In this document: in pieces, positions 10,654 through 21,258 of the stretch | How positions within the stretch are numbered: position 1 is the stretch's first letter | Layout of the letters: each line of letters starts with the position of its first letter | NCBI GenBank assembly: GCA_003152105.1 | Contig: PLZJ01000002.1 | Location: forward strand, 469,682-533,681 | Direction: 5' to 3' | Origin: Candidatus Levyibacteriota bacterium | GTDB lineage: Bacteria > Patescibacteriota > Microgenomatia > Levybacterales > UBA12049 | Length of the DNA: 64,000 bases | Position numbers and translations under genes: made by a program | The notes under the pieces: generated by a model | Databases searched by the model: none | What the model saw: only the letters and a program-made list of their open reading frames with translations | Told to the model about the DNA's origin: nothing

Positions 10654-11409
10654 ATGCACTCGCCAAAAGTTGAAACTACGCAAGATGCATTTTTGAAAAA
10701 CGGGCTTCCATTTATAAAGAGTATTCAAAAAATTGATTGCAAAAAATCTACAATTGATGGAGTTTCGTTTATTTCTCCTACTCCTAATGAACTTGAAAAA
10801 TTAACGTTTTATTTAGCTATTCAAATCGAAGAATATGAAAAAAAATTGCAATCTTCAAGAAAATTTAATCATCCATTTTCATTTCAAAGAATAATAGCAG
10901 TAGGAACAGGTGGGTATACATTCGCAAAAAAATTAAAAGAACATCTCCATTTGCCACTTTCAGTCTTGGAAGCACGGTCTTATAAAGGATTAAAACGCGC
11001 AAGTAAAGTTGGTATTACGTTATCTCTTTCAAATTCTATTATAGGTGAACATGTATTATTGCTAGATGAGGTAAACGACAAAGGAGAAACATTAAAAGGA
11101 GTAAAGGCATATGTGAAAGCAATGGGGCCAAAATCTATTACGACTGCGACACTTTTTTATAAACCTAAATCAAAAACAAAATCTGATATTTATGCATATG
11201 AAACTTCTTCTTGGATTATTTTTCCTCATGAAACAAGTGAATTTATTGAAGAAAGATATGAGGCATGGAAAAAGACGTATACGGTTGCAAAAATGTATTC
11301 ACTTCTTGTTGACAAGATTGGTTTACCAAAAGAAGAAGTATCATATTATTTAACCCGTGCTATTCAAAATGAACATAAAGAAGCTGCGAATCACAAGAAA
11401 AAATCATAG
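10654..11409 (+). CDS. type I phosphoribosyltransferase
   Basis: PRPP loop VLLLDEVNDKGETL and WIIFPHE. Confidence 0.85.
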   Translation: MHSPKVETTQDAFLKNGLPFIKSIQKIDCKKSTIDGVSFISPTPNELEKLTFYLAIQIEEYEKKLQSSRKFNHPFSFQRIIAVGTGGYTFAKKLKEHLHLPLSVLEARSYKGLKRASKVGITLSLSNSIIGEHVLLLDEVNDKGETLKGVKAYVKAMGPKSITTATLFYKPKSKTKSDIYAYETSSWIIFPHETSEFIEERYEAWKKTYTVAKMYSLLVDKIGLPKEEVSYYLTRAIQNEHKEAANHKKKS

Positions 11410-11437
11410 ATACGCACTTCGTGGTAAAATAATAAAT

Positions 11438-12577
11438 GTGAGAAGAATTATTTATTATATTTTTATAGCAATTTTTTCCTCACTTCTTGGTTTTTATTTA
11501 TCAAATGTTCTTCTTTTTCATACAACATCATTTACACAACTATTGCCTGAAAAAAAAGAAGTCATAGGTTTTTTGCCATACGAAACTCTTAGTCGTGCAA
11601 AAACATACTACAGTGGCATTACAACGCTTGCATATTTTGCGTTAACAATTGGAGACGACGGAAATATCGTAAAACTACAAACACCTCAACAAGAAGATCC
11701 AGGTTGGTACGCGTTGTCATCTGGAAAAGTAAACCCATTTTTACAAAGTGCAAAAGCACATAATCAATCATTGGCGCTCGTTGTTTTTAGTGGCAATAAT
11801 GATGTAATTTCAAATCTCGTTTCTAATCCCTTGAAAAATGGGCAAACACTAGCACATGATCTTTTGCCAGTAATGCATAAATATGGGTTTACAAAACTTA
11901 ATATTGATATTGAAGCAACAGCAACTGCTTCATCTTCTTCACAAAAACAGTTTGGTCAATTTATAAAGTCACTTTCATCTGCCATGCAAAATGGAGGAAT
12001 AAATGAAATCTCTCTTGACATGAGTCCTTCGGATTTTGTCAAAAGTGATTTAATTGATCCTTCTCTTGTATCTCCAATGGTAAATCAAGTGGTTGTAATG
12101 GCTTATGATTATCATTCAACAAGCTCAATTGTGACAGGACCTGTAGCACCGCTTTCAGGAGCAGGGATTTCTTTGGAATATGATACAGAAGCGGCAGTAA
12201 AGAATGCATTGATGACAATTCCAAGCGATAAATTATTACTTGGTATGCCCCTTTATGGTTACGAGTGGGATACACTAACCACTGGAGATAGAATTGCTAG
12301 CATACCTGGTTCAGGGGTTGTTGCAAGTAATAAGAGAGCAGAAGCATTACTGTCAACATGTGCTAATTGTAAAAATAGCTATGACATGATCGATCAAGAA
12401 GAACATGTAAGTTATTTTGATCCGTCTGCTAATTTGTACCACGTATTATATTATCCGACAAAACAATCTACGCAGGCAAAAATTACCTTTGCAAAAGATA
12501 ATAATCTCGGAGGGGTTGCTTTATGGGCACTTGGTTTTGAGGGAAGTACTATACTTTCTCCACTTCAATCTTATTAA
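11438..12577 (+). CDS. glycoside hydrolase family 18 protein
   Basis: N-terminal TM, LNIDIE catalytic motif, VMAYDY, LLLGMPLYG, GGVALWALG; GTG start after TAAAAT. Confidence 0.88.
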   Translation: MRRIIYYIFIAIFSSLLGFYLSNVLLFHTTSFTQLLPEKKEVIGFLPYETLSRAKTYYSGITTLAYFALTIGDDGNIVKLQTPQQEDPGWYALSSGKVNPFLQSAKAHNQSLALVVFSGNNDVISNLVSNPLKNGQTLAHDLLPVMHKYGFTKLNIDIEATATASSSSQKQFGQFIKSLSSAMQNGGINEISLDMSPSDFVKSDLIDPSLVSPMVNQVVVMAYDYHSTSSIVTGPVAPLSGAGISLEYDTEAAVKNALMTIPSDKLLLGMPLYGYEWDTLTTGDRIASIPGSGVVASNKRAEALLSTCANCKNSYDMIDQEEHVSYFDPSANLYHVLYYPTKQSTQAKITFAKDNNLGGVALWALGFEGSTILSPLQSY

Positions 12578-12578
12578 C

Positions 12579-13226
12579 CTATTCCAAATTACCTGTCAGA
12601 TTTGTTTGCGAAAATACAAATCGTTGCCCGGCTTTTAATGAAACTTGTTGACTCGTATCCGTAGAATCAGTATAGCCAATTGTCCCAGACCCGGATTTTT
12701 GTGAAATAGAAGTCGTATCATTATCAACAGAAATCGTTACTACAGAAGAAGTATTTCCCAGTTGCAGTAATAGATTATTTTGAATTAATGCAACTGGATA
12801 CGTTCCAGTTATATGGTATGTCGCAGTACCTGAATCTTGGGAATATACAAATGAAGATTGTAGAGCTTGAATAATGGAAACTTGTGTATTTTTGAGTAAA
12901 GAAATACTTGTACTGCTTGGAAATTCAATATTTGCTTGTCCATCCGTTTTAGTTAATACAAGTTCGCCCTGTACTAGAGGCTCCATACCAGTAAATTTTG
13001 CAGGTTGTGTGGCGATTCTCGTTTCTACTTCAACATCTCCACTGATTGCTGAGATTGTTCCCTGTATGCTTTGTTTTGGAGGATTTGCAATCGAAAATGA
13101 TGAAGTTATAGTTGGAGGTGATGCAAAAGGTGGTGTATGCGATACGGGAGTTGTAACTAGCGAATATGAAAATGCTATTCCTATACCAATAAGTAGAAAT
13201 ATAACAAAAGTAAAAAGATATTTCAT
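12579..13226 (-). CDS. FecR-like domain membrane-anchored protein
   Basis: TM then GDVEV...LVQGELVLTKTDGQANIEF...ISL..NTQV FecR-like pattern. Confidence 0.6.
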   Translation of the reverse strand: MKYLFTFVIFLLIGIGIAFSYSLVTTPVSHTPPFASPPTITSSFSIANPPKQSIQGTISAISGDVEVETRIATQPAKFTGMEPLVQGELVLTKTDGQANIEFPSSTSISLLKNTQVSIIQALQSSFVYSQDSGTATYHITGTYPVALIQNNLLLQLGNTSSVVTISVDNDTTSISQKSGSGTIGYTDSTDTSQQVSLKAGQRFVFSQTNLTGNLE

Positions 13227-13277
13227 TGATCTAGTGCAAGTATACTACACGATGCGTTTGGTAACAAAAAATAGCCC

Positions 13278-14513
13278 TTAGGCTTTCTTATAAACATAGA
13301 AGAAATCTTTTTGATATCCAGTTAAATATGCCCGTCCACCATTTACCATATTTTGCATCAAAGGTTGATACGTATATTGCCCGCTTCCTAATGGTTCGTA
13401 AACAACAAATCGTACCCAAGCGGCGTTAATATCTAGCTGCATAGCATTTACTGCACCTGCTGCAATTAAGGCTTTTGCGAGAGTTTGCGGTATTAATGAA
13501 TATCCTGCCGCATAAATAAGATTTCCATCTTTTGTAATACCAATGCCAGAACGCCATGTATACATGCTATTGGTTGTTGTAAGACCCCATGTTTGCATAT
13601 TCCAAAGCGATGACGAGGTGATATCTTTTCCATCTTGTACTAGCAGTGGTCCGTTTTGACGTGCACCTATAACATCTGGGGCAAGTGATTCACCAGCATA
13701 TTTTATAATTTGTGGACTTCTATCAGAGAACATCAGGAAAGTTGCATTTCCTGGTTTTAAAGGCAGGTATGTGTGTTTGCCAACAATCATTCCATATCCA
13801 CCATCTTTGTTTAAAAACCCTCCATTAAAGGCTGCAACAAGGTTATTATCTTGCTGTATGTCAAATGGAATTTTTCCTGGTCCAGGATCAGTTGGTCCTC
13901 CTGGTTGAATATATCCCGCAACAGGCAAAACGGATAAGTTAGTCATGTCCATTTTTACAAGAGCAACAACTGCATATGACCTATCCGGATCAGGGCGTAC
14001 AAATGTTCGTGCGATTTCCCATTTCTTTGTCCCAATTGTAATTGGTGTCCAAACACCTTCATTTGGTAAAAGAGTAAAGTGCGTAAGAGGAGGAATAGGA
14101 GTAAGAGTTAGGGTTGGAAGGTTTTGGAATTTAGCAATTTTTGGTAAGACGGTAAATACATGTGAGCTTGGATTTTGAAAATTATATTTAATTTTATTTG
14201 CCTGATCTTCAATTGCAAAAACTATTGATTCAACATTAATAGTTGCTTTATCTCCAATTAAAGGTCGAATAATATTATCAGTGGTATTTGCTAGAAAAAG
14301 AGGATTAACTTCGAGTTCTGTAAATAGAAGAAGTACTGCTAGGACAAAAAATATAATAATTAAAAGTATTGTGGCAGGTAGGGAAAATATATTTTTCAGT
14401 CTTATAATACTTGAATTAGGTAAGTTTTTTTGAGAATTTTGATTATGTTTTTTGTGAGATGTTTTTGTTTTTTCCTTTGTCTTTTTTGAAGAGTTAAGTT
14501 TAGATTTTTTCAT
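13278..14513 (-). CDS. phosphodiester glycosidase (NAGPA/DUF2233) family protein
   Basis: AAFNGGF, QNGPLLV, WRSGIG, AMQLDIN motifs; N-terminal TM. Confidence 0.8.
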   Translation of the reverse strand: MKKSKLNSSKKTKEKTKTSHKKHNQNSQKNLPNSSIIRLKNIFSLPATILLIIIFFVLAVLLLFTELEVNPLFLANTTDNIIRPLIGDKATINVESIVFAIEDQANKIKYNFQNPSSHVFTVLPKIAKFQNLPTLTLTPIPPLTHFTLLPNEGVWTPITIGTKKWEIARTFVRPDPDRSYAVVALVKMDMTNLSVLPVAGYIQPGGPTDPGPGKIPFDIQQDNNLVAAFNGGFLNKDGGYGMIVGKHTYLPLKPGNATFLMFSDRSPQIIKYAGESLAPDVIGARQNGPLLVQDGKDITSSSLWNMQTWGLTTTNSMYTWRSGIGITKDGNLIYAAGYSLIPQTLAKALIAAGAVNAMQLDINAAWVRFVVYEPLGSGQYTYQPLMQNMVNGGRAYLTGYQKDFFYVYKKA

Positions 14514-14773
14514 TTTAAGTTAGTTAATAGTATATCAAAGAATAACTGATGTGAAAACCGGACTAATATTGGGAAATATTCAAATTCATGATTTATAGAA
14601 CCAGGAATAATTAGCTGAACTATTACTTGCATTTATAAAAATAATTTGATATATTTCAATCCGTTTAGCATTAGTAATGGTGAGTTTGGATAAATGAATA
14701 ATAACCCAATATCACCTGCCTATATTCCCCAATGTAATTATTTTTCGTTATGTTTTCAAAGAGGAGGTGAATT

Positions 14774-15097
14774 GTGAAGAAAACAATAATTCTTTTGTTT
14801 ATTGTAACTATTTTTTTAAGTGCACAACCTGCTTTTGCTGATAATGCAGATATTAATAAAGTTCAATCCTTTGTTCAAAGCGTTATTCAACTAATGGTAA
14901 CTCTTGCTGGATTGGTTGCATCTGGCTTTTTTGTTGTAGGAGGATTCCGTTATATAACAAGCTCTGGTAATCCACTGCAATTAGAAAAAGCAAAAAAAAC
15001 AATATTATATTCTGCGATTGGATTAGTGATAGTATTGGGAGCATTTGTTTTTAGTAACATCGTTACTAACCTAGGAACGCAAGCATTCGGTAAATAA
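14774..15097 (+). CDS. TrbC/VirB2-like pilin
   Basis: Signal ending AFA, two hydrophobic helices around GGFRYITSSGNP..LEKAKKTI. Confidence 0.8.
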   Translation: MKKTIILLFIVTIFLSAQPAFADNADINKVQSFVQSVIQLMVTLAGLVASGFFVVGGFRYITSSGNPLQLEKAKKTILYSAIGLVIVLGAFVFSNIVTNLGTQAFGK

Positions 15098-15105
15098 ATC
15101 GAATA

Positions 15106-16368
15106 ATGAGAAAAGTTAATATATTAATTCTTGCACTAAGCTTGTTTTCAAGCTCGTCTTCTTATGCTTTTGCAAGCAATAATGAAATTCCCAATTTTAC
15201 GAATTCTACTATACATTTTGTTTCTGCTTTTGCAGCTTTATTGTTTATACTTTTCTTAATTAGGGGAGGTTATTATTATATTATTTCTAGTGGTAATGCT
15301 GAAAGATTAATTTCAGCCAAAAGAACAATACTAAATGCCAGTATAGGCTTACTAATTATTATAGCATCTACATTTATAAGTTCTTATCTTCAAAGTACAT
15401 TTAATTCAAATTTCAATACTCACACTGGTAATTCGATTATATTACCTAAAATTCAAGAATCAACATCTTCATCTGGTATTTCTCAAGCGTTAAATGATGC
15501 TATTTCTGGGTTTTTACAGGTGCTGATACAAAGCGCAACAAAACCAACAATTGATGGAATAATTGGATTTTTGTCGTCAACTCCAAGTTTAATACAAAAT
15601 CAAACAATTTTTCATTTTTGGTTAATTATGGTTGGGATCGCAGATTCATTATTTGTTCTTGTAATTGTGTTATTAGGATTGCAAATTATGAGCTCGGAAT
15701 CCTTGGGATTTGGTGAAGTAAATATTAGAAGTGTTATGCCTAAATTAATGATATCGTTTATAGGAATTCATTGTTCAATTTTTATATTACAATGGTTTAT
15801 TGACTTGTGTAATATATTATCAACCACGTTAGTGAATATAACAGGTGGGATTGATCATGCATGGATTATAGATGCTTTTTCTTCAGGCGCTATTTCTATT
15901 GGATCTGAACCGATTATTACTTTAATTTTTTTATTGTTATTTTTAATTTTATCAATAATTTTGCTTCTTTTTTATATCAGTCGTTTAATAATAATTGGTT
16001 TAATAGCTGTTTTATCACCGTTAATATTTTTAATTTGGCCAATTCCTAGATTTTCAGATTTTGCAGAAATCACATTAAAATCCTACCTAGTTACAATTTT
16101 TACGGTATTTATTCATTTGGTAATTATCGAACTTGCATCAGCAATGTTAACTGTTCCAGGTGAAAATGTACACGATAATACATTTATCTCAGTATTAATA
16201 GGTGTAGGCTTACTCTTCTTATTAATAAAAACGCCATCGGTAATGATGCAGTTTATTTTTTATACAAAAGGGGTAAATATAATGAAATCATTCGCTAATC
16301 AAGTTATTAATGTTGCAAGTTCAAGGAGAAGCGTTGGTACGGAATTAGTTAAACATAATGTTGTATGA
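15106..16368 (+). CDS. polytopic VirB6/TrbL-like membrane protein with an N-terminal pilin-like module
   Basis: N-terminal GGYYYIISSGN..RLISAKRTI repeats the pilin motif; multi-TM core with R....AVLSPL. Confidence 0.7.
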   Translation: MRKVNILILALSLFSSSSSYAFASNNEIPNFTNSTIHFVSAFAALLFILFLIRGGYYYIISSGNAERLISAKRTILNASIGLLIIIASTFISSYLQSTFNSNFNTHTGNSIILPKIQESTSSSGISQALNDAISGFLQVLIQSATKPTIDGIIGFLSSTPSLIQNQTIFHFWLIMVGIADSLFVLVIVLLGLQIMSSESLGFGEVNIRSVMPKLMISFIGIHCSIFILQWFIDLCNILSTTLVNITGGIDHAWIIDAFSSGAISIGSEPIITLIFLLLFLILSIILLLFYISRLIIIGLIAVLSPLIFLIWPIPRFSDFAEITLKSYLVTIFTVFIHLVIIELASAMLTVPGENVHDNTFISVLIGVGLLFLLIKTPSVMMQFIFYTKGVNIMKSFANQVINVASSRRSVGTELVKHNVV

Positions 16369-16856
16369 AAACTACTAGAATACCAGCTCAAATTACAACT
16401 ATAGAAGATACAGTGGCTGGCAAATTGACATTAAGACAACTTATTTTATTAATAATTCCAATTATTTTATCGATGATGATGTATATATTTATTCCTAAAT
16501 ATTTTAATTTCTCAACTCCAAAGATAATTATTTCTTCTTTCCTAATAATAATTTCATCTGTAGCATCTATTAATACTAAGAATAGATTGATAATAGATTG
16601 GATTGTGATCCTTATCAAATATATTTTTCGGCCCAAATATTTCGTCTACGAAAGATCTAGTATTACGTTTAAAGATAAATTGAAAATGAACTTAATAAAT
16701 AATAAAAATCATGAAAATATTAAGAATAAAATTGAAGAAAAAACCATTTCGACAATATTCAGTTACGGTAAAATTTCACTTAATCCAAAATTTTCTATTA
16801 GTTTTAAGCCTGTTAAAAAAGGAGGTATAAAAGTTGCTATATATAAAATATCGTAA
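16365..16856 (+). CDS. PrgI family protein
   Basis: IPAQITTIEDTVAGKLTLRQL, two TMs, RPKYFVY. Confidence 0.8.
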   Translation: MKTTRIPAQITTIEDTVAGKLTLRQLILLIIPIILSMMMYIFIPKYFNFSTPKIIISSFLIIISSVASINTKNRLIIDWIVILIKYIFRPKYFVYERSSITFKDKLKMNLINNKNHENIKNKIEEKTISTIFSYGKISLNPKFSISFKPVKKGGIKVAIYKIS

Positions 16857-17424
16857 TAAAGGTAGTTCTGCAAACCAGATTAAAATTAAAGAAGTAAAAG
16901 ATGGGATATTATGTTTACCAAATAATTTATATAGTGGTATTTTGGAAACCTCTTCTGTTAACTTTGAGTTAAAGAGTATATCTGAACAAGAAATATTATT
17001 ATATTCATTTGAGACGTTTTTAAATTCGCTCCCGTGTCCGATACAGATTTTAGTTCGTACTCGCGAAGTAGTACTGGAAGAATATTTAGAAAGAATTGAT
17101 TCCTTAGGTTTGAAAGAGAATGAGATAATTTATAAAAAGCAATTGAAAAGTTACTCTGAATTTATAAGCAAACTAATTGTAGGAAATAAAATTCTTTCAA
17201 GAAAATTTTATGTGATATATTCATATAATTGTACAAGTGAATTTTCCGTAGTTAAGGAACACATGCAATTGCTGCAAAATATTCTAGTTTCTGGATTTGA
17301 AAGATTGTCTATGAAGGCAAATCCTCAGTCTTCATTGGATATTTTAAAAATCTTTTATACTTTTTATCAACCTGAAAGATCTAAAGTGCAAACCTTGACC
17401 AATGGACTGTTTGATAATATATGA
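16834..17424 (+). CDS. VirB4/TraE N-terminal-like accessory protein
   Basis: SSVNFELKS..EQ...FLNSL..PIQIL, RKFYVI; typical position between PrgI and VirB4. Confidence 0.65.
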   Translation: MLYIKYRNKGSSANQIKIKEVKDGILCLPNNLYSGILETSSVNFELKSISEQEILLYSFETFLNSLPCPIQILVRTREVVLEEYLERIDSLGLKENEIIYKKQLKSYSEFISKLIVGNKILSRKFYVIYSYNCTSEFSVVKEHMQLLQNILVSGFERLSMKANPQSSLDILKIFYTFYQPERSKVQTLTNGLFDNI

Positions 17425-19178
17425 TCAATTTTTTCAATTTTAATAGCTTTTTTAGAAAAGACACCCAAAATGGCGAAGGAAAAGCATATGATTTTTTGTT
17501 AAAAGATCAAAATGCTATTGATTTAATATCATATGATGGACTTGAAGAGAATAGTACATTTATAAGAATGGGTGATTCATATATTCGAACTCTATTTATT
17601 TCGGGTTATCCATATACAGCAAGTTCAGGATGGCTCTCGCATTTAATAAACTTTAATCAGAATGTAGATATATCTTTTCATATTGAAGAAGTTGATTCTC
17701 AATTAGCTTTACCGAAACTGAACAGAAAAATTACAGAACTTGAGTCTACAAGACGAGCAATGGAAAAACAGGGCAGATTTATAGGATCAGAAATTACAGA
17801 TCCTTTAGAATCTGCGATAGAGTTAAAAAATAAAATTCAAAGAGGACAACAAAAAATGTTTCAATTGTCAATATATATACTTTTGCATTCATCCACAATA
17901 GAGGAATTAAATAAATTAACTAGAATTCTAGAGACACTCTTGGCAACACGACTGTTTTTTTCAAAAATTTCTACATTTCAGCAAATTGAAGGCCTGCAAT
18001 CAATTTTGCCTAGAGGTGAGGATATATTAAAACATAAACGAAATCTTGATAGTGAATCGGCATCTTTAACTTTTCCTTTTATTTCTTCAGAGTTGGTTCA
18101 AGAATCCGGAATTTTATTTGGTATAAATAAATCTAATAATTCATTAGTAATTGTAGATCGATTTTCACTTACGAATGCTAATAGTATAATTTTTGCACAA
18201 TCAGGAAGTGGTAAGTCATATACCTCAAAAGTGGAGATTTTAAGACAACTTATGCACGGTACAGATGTGATAGTAATAGATCCAGAAGGTGAATATAGAC
18301 AACTGTGTAATTCAGTAAAAGGAACTTATATTTCATTATCTATTAATTCAAAAGAAAAAATTAATCCCTTCGACTTAAACGGAAGTTTAGTAAATTTTGA
18401 AGATAAAGTACAGCAATTAACTGAATTATTTTCATTAATGCTGGATGGATTTACCAGTAGAGAAAAAGCAATTATAGACAAAGCTATACTTAAAACTTAC
18501 AAGATATTTGGGTGGACGAGTAAAAAGAAAGGAATAGAATTTCCATTATTGAAAGATCTTTACAGTACTTTATTAAAAATGGAAGAATTTGATCTCAGTA
18601 ATAGGATAGAAAAATATGTTAATGGATCATTATCTAAATTGTTTAATAAACAAACTAATGTGGAATTAAAAAATAGGTTAATAGTATTTGAGATAAAACA
18701 TTTACCTGAGTCAATTAAATCAATTATGATGTTGGTATTAGCTTCACATATTAACGGGATTGTTAAAGTATATCCAAAACGGAGGCTATTAGTAATAGAT
18801 GAGGGGTGGAAATTGCTTGAAAATAAAGAAACAGCTAGATTCATGACAGACTTGGTCAGACGCGGAAGAAAATATTATTTGGGAGTAAATATTATCACAC
18901 AACAGGCAAACGATTTCCTTAACAATGAATATGGACGAGCTCTAGTTTCGCAATCTTCACTGAGGATTTTAATGAAACAAGATACAACCACAATTAAAAA
19001 AGTTGTGAATGAATTTGCTCTGTCAGAATATGAACGTAATTTTCTATTAACCTGTGATAAAGGTGAAGCTTTAATAATAGCTGATCAAAATCATGTATCT
19101 GTTCAAATTGTAACTTCCAAGTCTGAACATCCGCTGCTCACAACAGATCCTAAAGAACTGTTAAGAACAAGTGTATAA
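17421..19178 (+). CDS. virB4: VirB4/TraC-like secretion ATPase
   Basis: Walker A AQSGSGKS, IDPEGEY, INPFD, Walker B LLVIDEGW, RRGRKY, ITQ. Confidence 0.9.
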   Translation: MINFFNFNSFFRKDTQNGEGKAYDFLLKDQNAIDLISYDGLEENSTFIRMGDSYIRTLFISGYPYTASSGWLSHLINFNQNVDISFHIEEVDSQLALPKLNRKITELESTRRAMEKQGRFIGSEITDPLESAIELKNKIQRGQQKMFQLSIYILLHSSTIEELNKLTRILETLLATRLFFSKISTFQQIEGLQSILPRGEDILKHKRNLDSESASLTFPFISSELVQESGILFGINKSNNSLVIVDRFSLTNANSIIFAQSGSGKSYTSKVEILRQLMHGTDVIVIDPEGEYRQLCNSVKGTYISLSINSKEKINPFDLNGSLVNFEDKVQQLTELFSLMLDGFTSREKAIIDKAILKTYKIFGWTSKKKGIEFPLLKDLYSTLLKMEEFDLSNRIEKYVNGSLSKLFNKQTNVELKNRLIVFEIKHLPESIKSIMMLVLASHINGIVKVYPKRRLLVIDEGWKLLENKETARFMTDLVRRGRKYYLGVNIITQQANDFLNNEYGRALVSQSSLRILMKQDTTTIKKVVNEFALSEYERNFLLTCDKGEALIIADQNHVSVQIVTSKSEHPLLTTDPKELLRTSV

Positions 19179-19773
19179 CAGATCATTTATTAATTTATAT
19201 AATTTTACTTTTGAGTTAAAAATATTATTATTACTTTTTTTAATAATATTGCTTCTTCCAATTATAGGAATATTTATATTAACTCAAGAAGGATTTAGTA
19301 AAGTTTCCAATTATTTGGTTAACAATACCGCTCATTCAATCAGATTAAATTATCCAGATGGCAAGCTTTACAAAATAATAAATATTCAAACAGTTTGGCC
19401 TTTACATGGCATAACTACTCTTGAATTTGGGCAAAATGATTTTCCATACCAACCATTTCATACTGGTATAGATATTGCAGGACCATTTGGTTTTCAAATA
19501 ATTTGTGCCATGAGCGGGAAAGTAGTTTATGCAGGAGAAATATCATGGGGTTATGGTAAGCATGTTATCGTAAATAACGATAACAATATTCAAACCGTTT
19601 ACGCACATCTCGATAGTATAGCTGTTAAGAATGGAGACGAATGTATAACGGGGAAAACAGTTATAGGTACCGAAGGTCAAACTGGTTGGGCGACAGGACC
19701 ACACTTGCATTTTGAGATTGATCTTTGGGGGATTCCGGTAAATCCAAGAAATTTTATTTATGGGAATCCTTAA
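19171..19773 (+). CDS. M23 family peptidoglycan endopeptidase
   Basis: HTGIDIA, YAHL, TGPHLHFE; N-terminal TM. Confidence 0.92.
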   Translation: MYNRSFINLYNFTFELKILLLLFLIILLLPIIGIFILTQEGFSKVSNYLVNNTAHSIRLNYPDGKLYKIINIQTVWPLHGITTLEFGQNDFPYQPFHTGIDIAGPFGFQIICAMSGKVVYAGEISWGYGKHVIVNNDNNIQTVYAHLDSIAVKNGDECITGKTVIGTEGQTGWATGPHLHFEIDLWGIPVNPRNFIYGNP

Positions 19774-19818
19774 ATAATTATTTTAACAGTCCCAGATATG
19801 ATATATTAAGATTAGTAT

Positions 19819-20586
19819 ATGGTTAAATATATATTTTCATATCCATTTATAGTTCCATCAATTAAGGTATTGATTTTGGTTATTGTATGTTTCTTCCTTA
19901 ACATGTTTTTACGTTCTTTAGTGAAAGTGCCCCATAGATTAGATACTAGAAAAGGAAGAACGTATATTTCAGTTTTACGCAATCTCATAACACTTGTTAT
20001 CATTTATGCAGCTCTTCATGTTACATTTTTAATACTTGGTATAAATATTGTTCCATTGTTAGCATCAGCAGGCGTTTTGGGCATTATCATCGGTATAGGA
20101 TCGCGTTCCCTTTTTGAAGATCTAATTGCCGGTTTTTTCCTATTGTCTCAATCTCGTATCGCGCTTGGTGATTATATTAAGGTTGGCACAAATATTGAGG
20201 GTACCATAATAAATATTGGATTTAAAAATATAGAGCTTCGTAGTCCTGATGGGTCTTTGATAATTGTGCCAAATGGACAAATTAACTCACTTATTAACAC
20301 CTCGTATGGAAAAGCAGTAAATACCATTGATGTTCCGGTAAAATCTGGACAAAAAATTGATGTCGTACTTCACGTGTTTGAAGAAGTATTGGCGTCCCTT
20401 GAAAAAGATGATGAGATGCAAATATTTAAAGATTCAAAAGTATTTGGTATTGCAAATATACTCGCCGGTGCAGTTGTGATCCGTACCATAATTATTACTC
20501 CTACATCGCTTCGAGGAATAATTGATGAGGAATTTCGCCATAGATTACTTAAGGATTTTCAAAAGCATAAATTGCTCTTTGCGTAA
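19819..20586 (+). CDS. mscS: small-conductance mechanosensitive channel
   Basis: LLASAGVLGIIIGIG, GDYIKV, IIVPNG. Confidence 0.88.
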   Translation: MVKYIFSYPFIVPSIKVLILVIVCFFLNMFLRSLVKVPHRLDTRKGRTYISVLRNLITLVIIYAALHVTFLILGINIVPLLASAGVLGIIIGIGSRSLFEDLIAGFFLLSQSRIALGDYIKVGTNIEGTIINIGFKNIELRSPDGSLIIVPNGQINSLINTSYGKAVNTIDVPVKSGQKIDVVLHVFEEVLASLEKDDEMQIFKDSKVFGIANILAGAVVIRTIIITPTSLRGIIDEEFRHRLLKDFQKHKLLFA

Positions 20587-20631
20587 AACTACTTTTCTCT
20601 GTATTGCAAAATATGATATTATTGCAACCAT

Positions 20632-21198
20632 ATGTTTTCAATTAAACCAGTATCACTTTTCTACCATTATATTCCTCTTGTTCTTATCGCAACCATTACC
20701 TGCGGACTTGTCTATGTAACAGCACAACAAATTGTCCGTCAAGGTGCTAATGATCCACAAATCCAAATAGCAGAAGATGATGCGTCCGATCTTGCAACAG
20801 CTGGCCAATCAACACCACATCTTGTGCAAAGCATTAACCCAATACATAGCTTACAACCCTTTGTCATTCTCTATGACCAAAATGGCAATATCCTTTCCAC
20901 AAATGCAACAGATACCAATCTTTTGCAAATGCCAAAAAGCATTTTCTCAAACATCGAAAGTCGTGGTGAAGATAGATTTACCTGGGAACCACAAGACGGA
21001 CTTCGTTTTGCAGCAGTCATTGTTCGTGTTCCTTCAAAAAGTACCAAGGAGTATGTGCTTGTTGCCCGTTCTCTCCGTGAGGTAGAAATGAGAGAAAACG
21101 ATCTTCTTGTTTATGCTTGCCTTGCATGGATTGCAATGCTTACAACAACCCTTATTGCGCTTCTTTTAAAGCCACTATTTTTAGAAAAATATTTGTAG
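20632..21198 (+). CDS. two-TM protein with an extracytoplasmic sensor-like domain
   Basis: TM-domain-TM; RQGANDPQIQIAED, TWEP..GLRFAAVI, ARSLREVE. Confidence 0.7.
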   Translation: MFSIKPVSLFYHYIPLVLIATITCGLVYVTAQQIVRQGANDPQIQIAEDDASDLATAGQSTPHLVQSINPIHSLQPFVILYDQNGNILSTNATDTNLLQMPKSIFSNIESRGEDRFTWEPQDGLRFAAVIVRVPSKSTKEYVLVARSLREVEMRENDLLVYACLAWIAMLTTTLIALLLKPLFLEKYL

Positions 21199-21258
21199 TA
21201 AGTATATTTGCAATCAGGATTGGTACTTGTTAGAATAAAATCCCAATTGACTTTGCCT

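Larger units (their letters stand above)
14550..19780 (+). other. very AT-rich T4SS/conjugation-like gene cluster (pilin, VirB6-like, PrgI, VirB4-N-like, VirB4, M23)
   Basis: Six overlapping or abutting genes, visibly lower GC than the flanks, SD GAGGAGGTGA before the first gene. Confidence 0.75.
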
